Below are positions 1 through 13,376 of a stretch of 64,000 nt of DNA, piece after piece (the stretch's first letter is position 1; every line of letters begins with the position of its first letter). The position numbers and the translations under genes were made by a program. The notes below the pieces were generated by a model. The model ran no database searches. It had not been told where the DNA came from and saw only the letters and a list, made by a program, of their open reading frames with translations. The stretch spans positions 316,076,001 to 316,140,000 of the forward strand of contig NC_091978.1 in NCBI RefSeq assembly GCF_044704955.1. The letters are read 5' to 3'. The DNA is from Pristiophorus japonicus. Taxonomy: Eukaryota.

Positions 1-3000
1 ACACATTTCTTAACTAAAGATAGTAGCGGGTCTTTATTTGTCCAGACTTTAATCTGACAGGCTGTCACAGGTGAGCCTTCGCTTTTGAAAGCTTCAATAC
101 CCATGACCATCTCAGCATCATGCTCAGTTGCCCCCTCAGTGGTGGCTAGTGGGAGCCTGCTGAGTGCATCGGCGCAGTTTTCAGTGCCCGGTCTGTGCCG
201 AATTGTGTAGTCATAGGCGGCTAACATGAGTGCCCACCTCTGTATGCGGGCTGATGCATTCACATTTATGACCTTGTTGTCGGCCAAAAGGGACGTTAGG
301 GGTTTGTGATCTGTCTCCAGCTCAAATTTCCTGCCAAACAGGTACTGGTGCATTTTTTTTACTGCATATACACAAGCTAGCGCTTCCTTTTCTACCATCC
401 CGTAGCCCCTTTCTGCCTGGGACAGACTTCTGGAGGCATAAGCTACCAGCTGTAATTGACCATTGGCATTCATATGCTACAACACACACTCGACCCCATA
501 GGACGACGCATCGCACGTTAACACAAGTTTCTTACATGGGTCATATAACGTTAATAGATTGTTGGAGCATAACAATTTGCGTGCTCGATCAAAAGCCCTT
601 TCCTGGCTGTCCCCCCAGACCCAATTGCGACCTTTGCATAGGAACATGTGTAGCGGCTCTAACAGTGTGCTCAATTTGGGAAGAAAGTTACCAAAATAGT
701 TCAGGAGCCCCAGGAACGAACGCAGCTCCGTCGTGTTACGGGGTCTGGGTGCTCTCTGGATCGCTTCCGTTTTGGACGCAGTAGGGCTAATCCCGTCTGC
801 TGTTACCCTCATCCCCAGAAATTCTAACTCTGGAGCTAGGAAGACGCACTTCGCCTTTTTCAGTCGCCGCCCTATCCGGTCCAGTCTGCGTAGCACCTCC
901 TCCAGGTTGTGGAGGTGTTCTTCAGTATCGCGACCCATGATGAGGATGTCATCTTGAAAAATCACCGCCCTTGGAATCGACTTGAGGAGGCTTTCCATAT
1001 TTCGTTGAAAGATCGCGGCGGCCGAACGAATCCCGAACGGACATCTATTATACTCAAACAACCCCTTGTGAGTCGTGATGGTGGTCAGCTTCTTCAACTC
1101 ACTCGCCAGCTCCAGGGTCATGTAAGCTGAGGTCAGGTCCAATTTTGAAAAAAGTTTGCCACCGGATAGCGTCGCAAAGAGGTCCTCTCGGTAGCGGGTA
1201 CTGGTCTTGGAGTGACATTCTATTGATGGTGGCCTTGTAATCGCCACATATCGTGACTGACCCATCCGCCTTGAGCACCGGCACGATCAGGCTCGCCCAG
1301 TCACTGAACTCGACTGCCGAGATGATGCCTTCCCTCAGCAGGCGGTCCAATTCACCTTCTATCTTTTCCCGCATTACGTACGGCACCGCTCTGGCCTTGT
1401 GGTGCACTGGCCTGGTGTCTGGGTTTATGTGAATCACTACCTTGGCCCCCATGAAAGTGCCGATGCTAGGTTGAAATAATGAGTCAAATTTGTCCAGGAC
1501 CTGTGAGCACGATACTCACTCCACAGAAGAAATTGCATTGACATTGCCTCATTTCCAGTTCATGACAGCAAGCCAACTCCTCCCCAATAGTGGGACCGTC
1601 CTCCGGGACAATCCAGAGTGGCAACCTGTTCTCCGAATCTTTGTGGGTCATGACTAGCGTGGTGCTGCCTCGCACCGGAATGATCTCCTTTGTATATGTC
1701 CGTAGCTGTGCGTCAATCGGCAATAATTTTGATCTCCTGGCCTTGGACATCCACAACCTTTCGAACTGTTTGATACTCATCAGGGGCTGGTGGGCCCCCA
1801 TGTCCAGCTCCATTAATACTGGGATGCCATTTAGGAGCACTTTCATCATTATCGGTGGTGTTTTGGTATATGAACTGTATATGTGCTCCACATGAACTCG
1901 CTGAACTTCAGCTTCCAGCGATTTCCCCCAGTATTCATTTGGCCTCGTAGGGCTTACATCGGGCCCATCCTCCTCATACATCAACATATCTGCAGGCTTC
2001 CTGCACATATGCGCCAAGTGACCGCTGACGTTGCAGTTTCTGCAGGTATATTGCTGATACCTGCAAGCTCTGGCTGGGTGTTTGCCTCCACACCTCCAGC
2101 ATGAGCTGGAGGCCCCATTGTTGGAAACAAAAGGTCCATTACCAGTCGATCGTCTCTGACTGTCTCTGTAACTGTCCTTAAGCGCAGCATTAGCAGGTGT
2201 AGATGGCCCCAGTACTGGCCGCATTGTCCATTGCGATGGCATGAATCGCCGTTCGGCTAGCCATTGTCTCTGTTCAATTCCCCCTTTGGGTTCGACTACA
2301 TGATGAGGCATGTCCGATTGCCCTTGTCTGCCTAGAGAACTGTGTGCCACGTTAACAATGTTGACTCCCTGGTCGTTTGCCGCATTTGAGCCAAGATTTT
2401 TGTCATACATCATTCTGGTCTCTTCCTCTCCTGAGATAAATGTCTGGGCTATCAGAGCCGCTGCTTCCAAGGTCAAGTCTTTGGTCTCAATCAGTTTCCT
2501 GAAAACCCCAGCGTGCCCGATGCCCTCAATAAAAATGTCTCGCAACATATCCGCTCTGCATGCATCTGGGAACTGACATAGGCTTGCCAGTCGCCGGAGA
2601 TCTGCCACGAAGTCTGGAACGCTTTGCCCTTCTCACCACCAGTGGTGTCTCGCCATGTGCATGCTGCTCGCTGGTTTAAGGTGTTCCCCGATCAACTTAC
2701 TGAGCTCTTCGAACGTCTTGTCCGCCGGCTTCTCTGGCGCTAGAAGGTCCTTCATCAGGGAGTACGTTCTGGATCCACAAACCATCAGGAGATGAGCCCT
2801 GCGTTTGTCGGCCGAATCCTGACCCAGACATTCCTTTTGACAAAACTTTGCTGTAGTCTCTTAATAAAGTCGGCCCAATCATCACCAACACAGTACCTCT
2901 CTTCTGTGCTGCTAGTGGCCATGCCCGCGTGGTTTAAATCCCAGTTTCTCGTCGCCAATGATAAGTCCTTACTATACAGTATAAATGCACATGAGGCCCA

Positions 3001-3246
3001 TACTTGATAGAAGGTCACTCTGTGACCAGTTACTTTTATTACCAAGACCTCAAGTGATGAAGATGGGTGGAGCTTCCCCTTTTATACCTGAAAGTCCAGG
3101 TTAGGAGTGTCTCCCACAAGTTCACCCTTTGTGGTCAATGTTCTCAAGGTGTACAACCTAGGTCAGCTTATACACGGGTTACAATGATAGTTGTACAACT
3201 TAGATCAGCTTATACATGGGTTACAATGATAGTTGAATACATGACG
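1..3246 (-). mobile_element. Ty3/Gypsy (Mag-like) LTR retrotransposon A; 5' LTR-gag-PR-RT-RH, runs off the left edge of the window
   Basis: LTR ~2959-3246; PBS TGGCGACGAG at 2948-2957 (tRNA-Ser(GCT)-like); Gag with two Cys/His knuckles (CWRCGGKHPARAC, CRNCNVSGHLAHMC); protease ELDMGA; RT KLDLTSAY...CPFG...FQDD; RNase H LTCDAS; several frameshifts. Confidence 0.93.
2959..3246 (-). repeat. 5' LTR of Gypsy A, with an internal ~42-bp tandem duplication (3150-3233)
   Basis: Directly adjacent to the PBS; TATA- and AATAAA-like motifs on the minus strand; similar to the LTR at 22779-23038. Confidence 0.8.
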
Positions 3247-6200
3247 GCGCGCCATTTGGCTGCCGCTCCAGACCCAAGCCATTCAAATACTTTTCCACCT
3301 TTTCCCCCTCTTTCCTTTTCTCTCTATCCCTCCCTGACCGTTCTCTCCTGTCGTCATGCCTCCTTTCATCTTTCCTCTCTCGGATACGCTGCCCTCCCAA
3401 ATCCCTACCCCAATCCTTCATGACTCTTCCACCATCCTACTCTTTCGCCAGCCTTCCCATCCAGTGCGTCCACTGGGGGCTAATCTTGCCAATCTCCTCC
3501 TCATCCAACTCAATCCCCCCAGCACTGACCCTGTGGACACAGGCAGAGGGGCAACCATTACCAACCCTCTCCACATCTCCCTCCAGAATGTTCGTTCGCT
3601 TGTGAACAAAGCCCTTGCCATCCATGAGCTTATAGTAGATGATTACATCGACATCTTGGCCCTGACAGAAACTTGGCTGAGGGATGATGATACCTTACCC
3701 TTAAATGAAGCCTCCCCACCTGACTATACCTTCCATCACGTGCCCCATTCAGACCACCGTGGTGGCAGTGTGGCTTTCATCAGCAAATCACATCTTGGTC
3801 TGTCCCCTACTCCTTGCACTTTCTTCTCCTTTGAGCATCTCACTTTATTCAATCCGCTCACCTCTCATTCAAAATTCTCATTCTCCACCATCCACCCAAC
3901 TACCATAAAAGATGTTATTAATCTTCACTGCTTTCCTCCCTCAGCCTTTGCACCGAACAACTTCTCATCCTCCATAATTTCGAACCTCCAACTCAATTCA
4001 TCATGCTCTCCCTCCTCTGAGTTCACTAGTCCTCTAGCCTCCTAACCTCCCTTAATCTCTCCCTCTATGTAAACTCCCCAACCCATATTCATGGCCACCC
4101 CCTCGACCTTGTCATCTCTCGTGGTCTCGCTAATCCCATCATGTCAACCGCAGATAAGGTCATCTCTGACTACATCCTCGTATCGCTCTCCACCCATATC
4201 CTCTGTCCACCAGCCCCCCCTCCACCACAACCCTACCTCCTACTGTGTCTGCCCCTGGAAAAACTCTCTCTAGACTCTATGGCAACTGCACTTAATAACT
4301 CCCAAATGTCCAGCCTTTGGCCCTCCATTCACCGTGACATTTCTGCAGCTACCGATCTGCCCAACCACAACCTCACCACCATCTTTGATGACATAAGTCC
4401 CTATTAAAACAATTACTCTCTATCACCATGGCTGTTCCCCCTGGTATGGCCTTCACTCACGTAAGGGGCGCAGACTTGAATGGATATGGCCGACAACTGG
4501 TTTAGCCATTCACCGCTAGATTTGGCTGGACCACATAAAGCATTATTGGGTCCTGCTCTCATCTGTCAATGCAAAGTTAAACTCCGCCTTCTATTCTCCA
4601 CTGCTAACCATCTTCTTAAACCCCTCTCCCCAGTCTCCACCCTCACCTCCGACAATAAGTGTGAGGAGCTCATGGACTTTTTTGTCTCTAAGATTGAGAC
4701 CATTCGTTCACTTGCCTCTGCCACTTCCTTTCATTCACCTAGCCCACCGGGCCAAACTTCCTCTAAGGATCCCGCCTGCCCTAGCCCTGACCTCACATCT
4801 TTCACCAGGTTCTCCCCGATCTCCCCTCATGACCTCTCCGAGCTCATTTTGTCGATGAGACACACTTCCTGATCCCTTGACCCTTTTCCCACCAAACTGT
4901 TGACCACCCAACTTCCTTTTCTGGCTCCCATGTTAGCTGACATTATTAACGGTTCGCTTTCCTCAGTTACTGTCCCCCTCTCCCACAAATCTGCCGTCGT
5001 CATCCGTCTACTCAAAAAAACAACTCTTGACCCCCTCGTCCTTGCAAACTACTACCCCATCTCCCACCTCCCTTTCCTCTCAAAGTCCTTGAACGAGTTG
5101 TCACTTCCCAAATCCGTGCCCATGTTTCCCACAACTCCATGTTTGAATCCCTCCAATACGGTTTCCGCCCCTGCCACGGTACAAAAGCGGCTCTCATCAA
5201 AGTCACAAATGACATCCTTTGTGACTGTGACAAAGGCAAACTATCCCTCCTCGTCCTTCTTGACTTGTCTGCAGCCTTTGACACAGTTGACCACTCGATC
5301 CTCCTCCAACGCCTCTCCACCGTTGTCCTGCTGGGTGGGACTGCACTCTCCTGGTTCTATTCTTATCTACCTAATCATAAGCAGAGAATAACCTGCAACG
5401 GCTTCTCTTCCCGCTCCTGCATCGTTACCTCTGGTGTCCCCCAAGGATCTATCCTTGGCCCCCTCCTATTTCTCATCTACATGTTGCCCCTTGACGACAT
5501 CATCCAAAACCACAGCATCAGTTTCCACATGTAAGCTGATGACTCAGCTCTACCTCACTACCACTTCTCTCGACTCCTCCACGGTCTCTAAATGATCAGA
5601 CTGCTTGTCCGACATCCAGTTCTGGATGAGCAGAAATTTTCTCCAATTAAATATTGGGAAGACTGAAGCCATTGTTCTTGGTCCCTGCCACAAACTCCAT
5701 TCCCTAGCGACTGACTCCATCCTTCTCCCCAACTTCTGTCTGAGGCTGAACCACACTTTTCGCAACCTTGGTGTCATATTTGACCCGGAAATTAGCTTTT
5801 GACCACATATCCGCAGCATAACTAAGACCACCTATTTCCATCTCCATAAAATCACCCGTCTCCGCCCTTGCCTCAGCTCATCCGCTGCTGAAACCCTCAT
5901 CCATGTCTTTGTTACCTCTAGACTTGAATATTCCAATGCAATCCTGGTTATCTCCCACATTCATCCCTACGTAAACTTGAGGTGATCCAAAACTCGGCTG
6001 CCTGTGTTCTAACTCGCACCAAGTCCCACTCACCCATCACCTCTGTGCTTGCTGACCTACATTGGCATCTGGTTGAGCGATGCCTTGAAATACAAAATTC
6101 TCATCCTTGTTTTCAAGTCCCTCCATGGCCTCGTCCTTCCCTATCTCTGTAATCTCCTCCAGCCCCACGACCATCCAAGATATCTGCGCTCCTCTAATTC

Positions 6201-6489
6201 CGCCCTCTTGAGCATCCCTGATTATAATTGCTCAATCATTGGTGGCCGTGCCTTCTGTTGCCTAGGCCTTAAGCTCTGGAATTGTCTGCATAAACCTCTC
6301 CGTCTCTCTACCTCTCTTTCCTCCTTCAAGATGCTCCTTAAAACCTACCTCTTTGACCAAGCTTTTGGTCACCTGCCCTAATTTCTCCTTATGTGGCTCG
6401 GTGTCAAATTTTTTGTCTTATAATACTGTTAAGCGCCTTGGGACGTTTTACTACATTAAAGGTGCTATATAAATTCAAGTTGTTGTTGT
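3247..6489 (+). mobile_element. L2-clade LINE, decayed ORF2 (APE endonuclease + RT) with 3' end
   Basis: Endonuclease LQNVRSL...LALTETWL; RT QYGFR, LLDLSAAFDTVDH, GVPQGSILGPLLF; C-terminal FKMLLKTYLF; 3' end aaaggtgctatataaattcaagttgttgttg. Confidence 0.92.
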
Positions 6490-8204
6490 CTACAAATGTA
6501 ACAAAATGCAAAGCTCTGCAACTGCCTCAGTGCTGACTCAGCTCCTGCAGTCACCCAGTTATCATTCCGCCAGAGAGCCTTCATAACAGGTGCAGCCTCT
6601 AGTTCCAGTTGATTTCCCCGTCAAGTCTTCTTTCATTTTCCGTTATTTAAATACTGTGGTAGGTAGCTTGGAAAAACAAACCTCACCATTATTGAAGCAT
6701 TGCATTGAATTGAAATGACTCTGACCCTTTAATAGCTCCATTACCCAAATGTATGAATTTAGCTTGCTTTTAATATCCACTTTTAATGGTCAGAATTAAC
6801 ACTGGACATGATATTCACACAAAATATGGCCTCCATGTCAACTCCCTCATCTACATGAATTAATTTTACATTCTGTACAAGAGCTGCTAACAATAAATAG
6901 GTTAATGCCTCTATTTAATTAGTGGACGAGGTTTGCCATACAAACACCTTAAAATTTCATACGTTAATATGGCAAATAATGGCCTCAATATTACTTGGTG
7001 TGAGAGAATTATTTGGAGAGTTTTGAGTTGTTCAGAGAGAGAAGCTCATGCTGGGTGGCATCATGTCTGCTCTCTATTGGACTGAGGAAGAGGAGAATGA
7101 GGATCAACAGAGCAAGGGTACAACATGGAGAGAGTTGCACATGGTCAGCAGAGAAGGGAGCATCAGAGGGCATATGAGCTCACAGAACGTCCTATCCATT
7201 TAACAGAGTCTACAGACAGAGGCTCAGCTTCCTTGACCTGTCAGAAGAGCAGTGCTTCTGAAAGCTAAGATTGTCACATCAAATGGTTGCAGACATCTGT
7301 AGCCGCCTACAGGAAGACCTGCTGCCTGCTGGACCTGGTGGCCATACACTACCAATGATTGTACAAGTCACCGTCAGCCTCAATTCTTTTGTCTCAGGTT
7401 CCTTCCAGGGTGCTACCGGAGACATAGTGAGGTTGTCACAGTTGACTGCACATAAATGCATAAGGCAGGTGATGGATGGATTGTTTGTCGGTGCTGGGAG
7501 GTATATAAGCTTCTCCTATGATGACAAAAGCCAGAATGAGCGTACACTAGGATTAGCATCTCTGGCTGGCTTTCCACTGGCGCAGGGAGCCATTGACTGC
7601 ACATATGTGGCAATCCGGGCACCTCCTGACCAACCAGGAGCATTTGCCAACTGCAAGGGATATCATTGCATCAATGTGCAGCTGATGTGCAACCACATAA
7701 AAGGGTTCAAGCAGATCTGGGCCAGATTCCCTGGGAGCTGCCATGATACTTTCATATGCGGCTCTCCAACATCGCCGACATGTTCCACCCAGGAACGAAC
7801 CTTAAAGGGTGGCTGTTTGGTGACAAAGGATACCCCTTTTCAAATCTGGCTGATGATACATCTGAAGAACCCCTCTGGTGAACACTATGGGCCCAAGTTT
7901 CCACAAGAAAAAAAACGGGCGCCCCTCCGAGCTGGGCGCCCGTTTTTCACGCCTAAAACGGCGCCTAAAAAAATCCTCGGTATTCTCCACCTACTTACAG
8001 GTCCTCTGGCCCTCTGCGCAGCCAGCACGCGCTGTGGGGGGGGCGGAGCCAGGTCCCGGGGCTGAAAACAGTGCCGGGACCTCTGCACATGCGCGTTACA
8101 GTCGGCACACAAGTGCAGTAGCTCCAGGCGCCGAACTGTGTGGGAGGGGCCCGAAGCACGCAGCCCCTAGCCCTGGCTGAATGGCCTCACTGGGGCTCCT
8201 CCCA

Positions 8205-8592
8205 CGGCCAGCTCCTGCTCCCCGACCCCGACAAGACCCGACACCCGCTCCCCCCCCCCCCCGCCGACCAGACCCGACCCGACACCCGCTCCCCCCCCCC
8301 CGCCGACCAGACCCGACCCGACACCCGCTCCCCCCCCCCCAGCCGACCAGACCCGACCCGACACCCGCGCCCCCCCCCCCGCCCTGACCCGAGACCCGAG
8401 ACCCGCTCCACACCCCCCCCGACTGACCCGACCCGACCCGCGCTCCTGTTCCCCGACCCGACCCGCCCCGCCCCCACTGGACCCGACTCCCGACTCCCGG
8501 ACTGGATCCGATCCGACCTGACCTCTCCCTTCCCAACACCCCCCCACCCTCTCTCTCTCCCCCCCCCGCTCTCTCTCTCTACCCCCCCCCGG
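8205..8592. repeat. C-rich minisatellite (~39-bp unit, CCCCCGCCGACCAGACCCGACCCGACACCCGCT) and low-complexity tract
   Basis: Several visible tandem units, running up to the assembly gap. Confidence 0.9.
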
Positions 8593-9008
8593 NNNNNNNN
8601 NNNNNNNNNNNNNNNNNNNNNNNNNNNNNNNNNNNNNNNNNNNNNNNNNNNNNNNNNNNNNNNNNNNNNNNNNNNNNNNNNNNNNNNNNNNNNNNNNNNN
8701 NNNNNNNNNNNNNNNNNNNNNNNNNNNNNNNNNNNNNNNNNNNNNNNNNNNNNNNNNNNNNNNNNNNNNNNNNNNNNNNNNNNNNNNNNNNNNNNNNNNN
8801 NNNNNNNNNNNNNNNNNNNNNNNNNNNNNNNNNNNNNNNNNNNNNNNNNNNNNNNNNNNNNNNNNNNNNNNNNNNNNNNNNNNNNNNNNNNNNNNNNNNN
8901 NNNNNNNNNNNNNNNNNNNNNNNNNNNNNNNNNNNNNNNNNNNNNNNNNNNNNNNNNNNNNNNNNNNNNNNNNNNNNNNNNNNNNNNNNNNNNNNNNNNN
9001 NNNNNNNN
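8593..9008. other. Assembly gap (416 N)
   Basis: Run of N. Confidence 1.
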
Positions 9009-9829
9009 ACGAACGGCTGCAGAATTCTCCCTGGCTGAAGCACTTTCACACAGGTAGGAAGATGGTTTATTTAATCTTTTCTTGGCTTATAAATGTTTAT
9101 TCAGGTTGGATTTATTCGTATAATATTTGTAGAAGTATAAATAAGGATTTATTGTCGAATTTAATGAGTTCCCTTCCCCCCCCTCCTCCTCCTCCTCGTT
9201 CTGGACGCCTAATTTGTAACCTGCGCCTGATTTTTTAATGTGTAGAACAGGTTTTTTCAGTTCTACAAAAATCTTCACTGGCTCCATTCTACTTTAGTTT
9301 GGAGTACATTTTCACTGTGGAAACTTTCAAATCAGGCGTCAGTGGCCGGACACGCCCCCTTTTGAAGAAAAAATTCTGTTCTAAACTAGAACTGTTCTAC
9401 CTGACTAGAACTGCAGAAAAAAAAAATGTGGAGAATTGCGATTTCTAAAATAGTCCATTCTCCACCAGTTGCTCCTAAAAATCAGGCGCGAATTGGGCCC
9501 AATGAGTGGTACAACGTGTACCATAAGACAACCAATTAGATGCATCATCAAGCAAGCCATCGGCATGCTGAAGTCATGCTTCAGTGCCCGGACAGGTTGG
9601 GAGGTTTCCTTCAGTACTCACCAGTGAGGATCTCCAGGATAATTGTGGTCTGCTGTGTGCCCCACAAAATAGTGCAGCAGCGAGAACTAGAACTCCAGGA
9701 GGAAGAAGCCACTCAGGACTCCACATTTGATGAGGATTCCAATGATGAGGAGGAAGATGGGGCATCCAAGGCAATATCAGCTGATCACGATGCGGCTCGA
9801 GATTCCAGGGATGCCCTGATAGCTTGAAT

Positions 9830-10490
9830 ATTCAGTTAGGTACTCACATTGGACCAATGTCGTGATACCAGCCCCTTTCCCTGCCACCACTTAATGCTCG
9901 TGCTCACTTGTGCCGTGCTAATCACCAGGAGACATCCCGTCTAACAGGCCCTCCCGATGTGCTCATATCTGCGCTGGTGCCTGCAACACACGTCTCCTGT
10001 GATGGTGCTCCCTCAGTAGGATCAAACTGCTCAGAGGAACTGTCATCCTCTCCAAGCAGGGTCTCCTGATCTTCGTGTGATGGCCCTGGAGCAGAGAAGA
10101 GACAGATAAGATTTAGGCATAGAACTTTACAAATGTTGGAATACACATGATTAAAGTGATCATATTTGTTAAAATGCTGAAGTCAACTCAAGATGACTGT
10201 CTTCTCGGAGTTGTGAGTCTCAGAGATTTGCAGCACTGGATCCATAACCTCATGATGACGCTCCTGCTGCTCATGGTTGCCCCATGACCAGTTATAGTTA
10301 TACAGTCCAGTTTAATTAGTAATTCTAAACTCTCCAACATATCCAACACTCGCCTCCTGTGCCATCTCCACTCACATCGTTTTTGTGGTAGCAGCAGGTT
10401 TCTTTACTCCATTGCTTACTGCACCCAGCAAACTATATATGGAGGCTCAGTACACCTGGGCACAGCCTTTTCTCGCCTTCCAGCCATCTC
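9830..10490 (-). pseudogene. Decayed Myb/SANT-like partner gene of the Harbinger element, convergent with the transposase
   Basis: MAGRREKAVPR-like start near 10490; acceptor ctctgctccag followed by an acidic/Ser-rich exon (GPSHEDQETLLGEDDSSSEQ); position fits the two-gene Harbinger layout. Confidence 0.5.
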
Positions 10491-10653
10491 AATGCTGTCC
10501 TTGCAATCCACAATCTTCCAGGCTCCAAACCTCCTCTTCCAGTTAGTTTCTGAATTGGGCCTTTAAATAGTCGAGGTGAAATCACATCACGCGGATCATG
10601 TCACGCCTGCTCACGTGCAGTGGAGACACGAAACCCAGAAGGAAAATGATAAT

Positions 10654-11328
10654 GGCCCTAAAATTCCAGTCGGAGGCTTCTTTCGGACGAACGCCTCCGA
10701 CCTGAGAATTTTTACGAAATAACCTTGTCGTTCCAGAGGCGCCTGGTGGGGAGACCTCCTCTTCCTGTGCTTTGGAGCGCGCTCCCGTCCTCGAGGTTCC
10801 AACACAGAAAGTGGAGTCACGTGTGACTGCACAACCAATCAGGTACAGTATTCTCATTAATAGCAATGAGAACTCCGTATCTACGAGTTCTCATTGCTAT
10901 TAATGAGAAAAAAAAAACACACTAAACACAACATATAAAATAAAAAACACACCTCACATAATTATAATTAGCTGAAATTAGTTAATAAATGTTTTAGAAA
11001 AAGAGTTTTGTAATTAAGGTTTAAAATAAACTTAGCTTAGTGGGCAGGGTTTTTAACATAAAAATGTGTTTTTAAATTTTATTTTTATATGTTTTTTATA
11101 CATTTTATATGCTTTTACCAGGCGCAAGAGTTTTAAGGACTTTCGCTGGGCAAGAGATGGGCAACTACCGCAATCTTGCCCATGCAAATGTCCTTGCTGC
11201 TGAGATGCGTCCGATCTGTCAAGCCAGAACTTGGCATGCACATTGCGCGCCGAAAATTGGCTTTTGCAATGTCTTCCTGGGTCCATACACACTCCGTACG
11301 AACTCAGGGAGGCTGGAATTTCAGGGCC
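10654..11328. mobile_element. Non-autonomous TIR element (Harbinger-type MITE)
   Basis: TIRs GGCCCTAAAATTCCAG / CTGGAATTTCAGGGCC; perfect 3-bp TSD aat/aat. Confidence 0.85.
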
Positions 11329-12009
11329 AATGAAGCTCTCCTGTGAAATCAGACATTTCTACCTGTCCCGTGATATTGCAAGTTCATCACCCGCAATCGC
11401 ACAACCCCCGCTCTGTTCCAGTATCTATGTTAATGTCGGGGCCAATAATGTCTTAGGTTAAACTAAGGATCAATTGCTTATTTACTAGAACTCCAGCAGT
11501 GTGTCCAGTGATCATTGGACATCTAGTAAATATTTACATTCACTATTTGAGAAAATTCAGCAAGGCTGTTCTCCTGGCACTCAGCCTCATTGAAGATGAA
11601 CACATCTAACAATCACGGCTATCTCTGACCCACACTCCCATGTAGTGAAACTGTGCATGCATGCAGCCTAATTGAATTTGCATGTTAATGTTGTGTTAAG
11701 TAATGAATGAGACTGGCAGTTTAAATAGTGGAAGTGAGAAAACAACACCGAGGAAAAAATAATGAAGGTTTCAATCCAAAATTTGCATTCACTAAGCTAA
11801 ATAAGTAGAATTTTCAAAAACTGATCTCAGTCTAAACAGGTTTGTCAGTTAATCAGCCTGGCACGATTACTAGATGATTCAATAATTGAAACACATTTAA
11901 TTGCACTTGTACTTGCTTTTAAATGTATGTCAATGTGCCCCGTTCTCCAATTTCTCTGCAACACTGGGTTGCACTCTTGCTAATTCAGTGGTTATGTCAC
12001 TCAAAAAAG

Positions 12010-12600
12010 GCTCCGTTTTGGCCAGGAGTTGCTCCGTTTTTTTTGGAGTAACTTGGTTTTTCTGGCATAACTTAAGAATCCCCATTTTGCACATTCAATT
12101 TGCACCAGTGTAAGTGAGTTAATTACGATTTTTTTAGTTTAGTTTTTTTCTCAAAAGTGGGCGTTACCAGCCACCTACACTAGTTCTGCCCATTTAGGCA
12201 ACTTTGGCCAACTAATAGTTACTCCAAATCTACTTAGGCCAGCGTATGTGGCCACTTCAGAAAACCCTTGCGGAGAGTTAAGAAATCAGGGCAGGTAGGT
12301 ACATCGGAGGCCATTCGGCCTGGGATAGGGGCGGGGAGGGAAACGGAGAGGACCTGCACCGAAAGCACAGACTTACAAAGCACTAAACCCTGGAAACAAA
12401 AAGTAATAAGCATTCAATAACAAATAAAAAATTGAAGTAAGTCCTACCTTCATCTTAAAACTCGGCTCTGGAAGGCAGCAGGCCGGTCGGTGCGGGAGAT
12501 CTTGCAGCCTAGGCTAGGGCGGGCAGCAGAACTGATAGAAATCATCCAGGCAGGAGCACTATTAGTTCACCTGCCTGTCTGCCCCTAGCCCTGGCCGACT
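12010..12600. mobile_element. Partial MITE of the family also seen at 17560-18082, 53973-54832 and 60861-61697 (opposite orientation)
   Basis: Reverse-complement similarity to those copies (ttttggccagg...ggagtaac...atttgcaccag...gagtt). Confidence 0.65.
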
Positions 12601-12764
12601 GGCCTCCGAGTGTGATTTCTAAGGTTAAAGTGATTAAAGCTTCAAATCAAATGGAACTAAGCAGTCCGTGCAATTGCCACTCCATACCCCTACTCACAAC
12701 AACATTTGGCCGACATCAGGTCCCACACAGCGGCTGCAGCAAGACACGGAGGGGCTGGGGGCGA

Positions 12765-13365
12765 GGAGCTACAGTTGTACAGGGCCTTGGTGAGGCCACA
12801 CCTGGAGTATTGTGTACAGTTTTGGTCTCCTAACCTGAGGAAGGACATTCTTGCTATTGAGGGAGTGCAGCGAAGGTTCACCAGACTGATTCCCGGGATG
12901 GCGGGACTGACCTATCAAGATAGACTGGATCAACTGGGCTTGTATTCACTGGAGTTCAGAAGAATGAGAGGGGACCTCATAGAAACGTTTAAAATTCTGA
13001 CGGGGTTAGACAGGTTAGATGCAGGAAGAATGTTCCCAATGTTGGGGAAGTCCAGAACCAGGGGACACAGTCTTAGGATAAGGGGTAAGCCATTTAGGAC
13101 CGAGATGAGGAGGAACTTCTTCACCCAGAGAGTGGTGAACCTGTGGAATTCTCTACCACAGAAAGTTGTTGAGGCCAATTCACTAAATATATTCAAAAAG
13201 GAGTTAGATGAAGTCCTTACTACTCAGGGGATCAAGGAGTATGGTGAGAAAGCAGGAATGGGGTACTGGAGTTGCATGTTCAGCCATGAACTCATTGAAT
13301 GGCGGTGCAGGCTAGAAGGGCCGAATGGCCTACTCCTGCACCTATTTTCTATGTTTCTATGCTTC
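12765..13365 (+). mobile_element. CR1 LINE 3' fragment
   Basis: LYRALVRPHLEYCVQFWSP...RTRGH...FFTQRVVNLWNSLP; (ctatgttt)n tail. Confidence 0.95.
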
Positions 13366-13376
13366 TAATACACATT

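Larger units (their letters stand above)
7889..9500. mobile_element. Non-autonomous TIR element (Harbinger-type MITE) inserted into the transposase
   Basis: Termini GGGCCCAAGTT / AATTGGGCCC; 3-bp flanks tat/aat; the transposase resumes after 9500. Confidence 0.75.
7050..9827 (+). pseudogene. PIF/Harbinger (HARBI1-like, DDE_Tnp_4) transposase pseudogene, split by the insertion at 7889-9500
   Basis: SGSFQ, FPLAQGAIDCTYVAI, KGYHCINVQLMC, RFPGSCHD, GDKGYP before the insertion; LQYSPVRISRIIVVCCVPHK and an acidic tail after it. Confidence 0.88.

Noticed and set aside
6610-6665. Another leader-like exon resembling 19885-19928
   Set aside because: Only a short similarity, no ATG-initiated hydrophobic frame and a weak donor.
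7271-8065. Host HARBI1 gene
   Set aside because: Frameshifted, interrupted by a MITE, and a second decayed relative is present; a transposon relic.
8096-9057. Long Pro-rich and Gly/Arg-rich ORFs
   Set aside because: Artefacts of a C-rich minisatellite and translation through the N gap.
11670-11790. Octamer motifs as an immunoglobulin promoter
   Set aside because: No leader exon, V exon or RSS found nearby on either strand.
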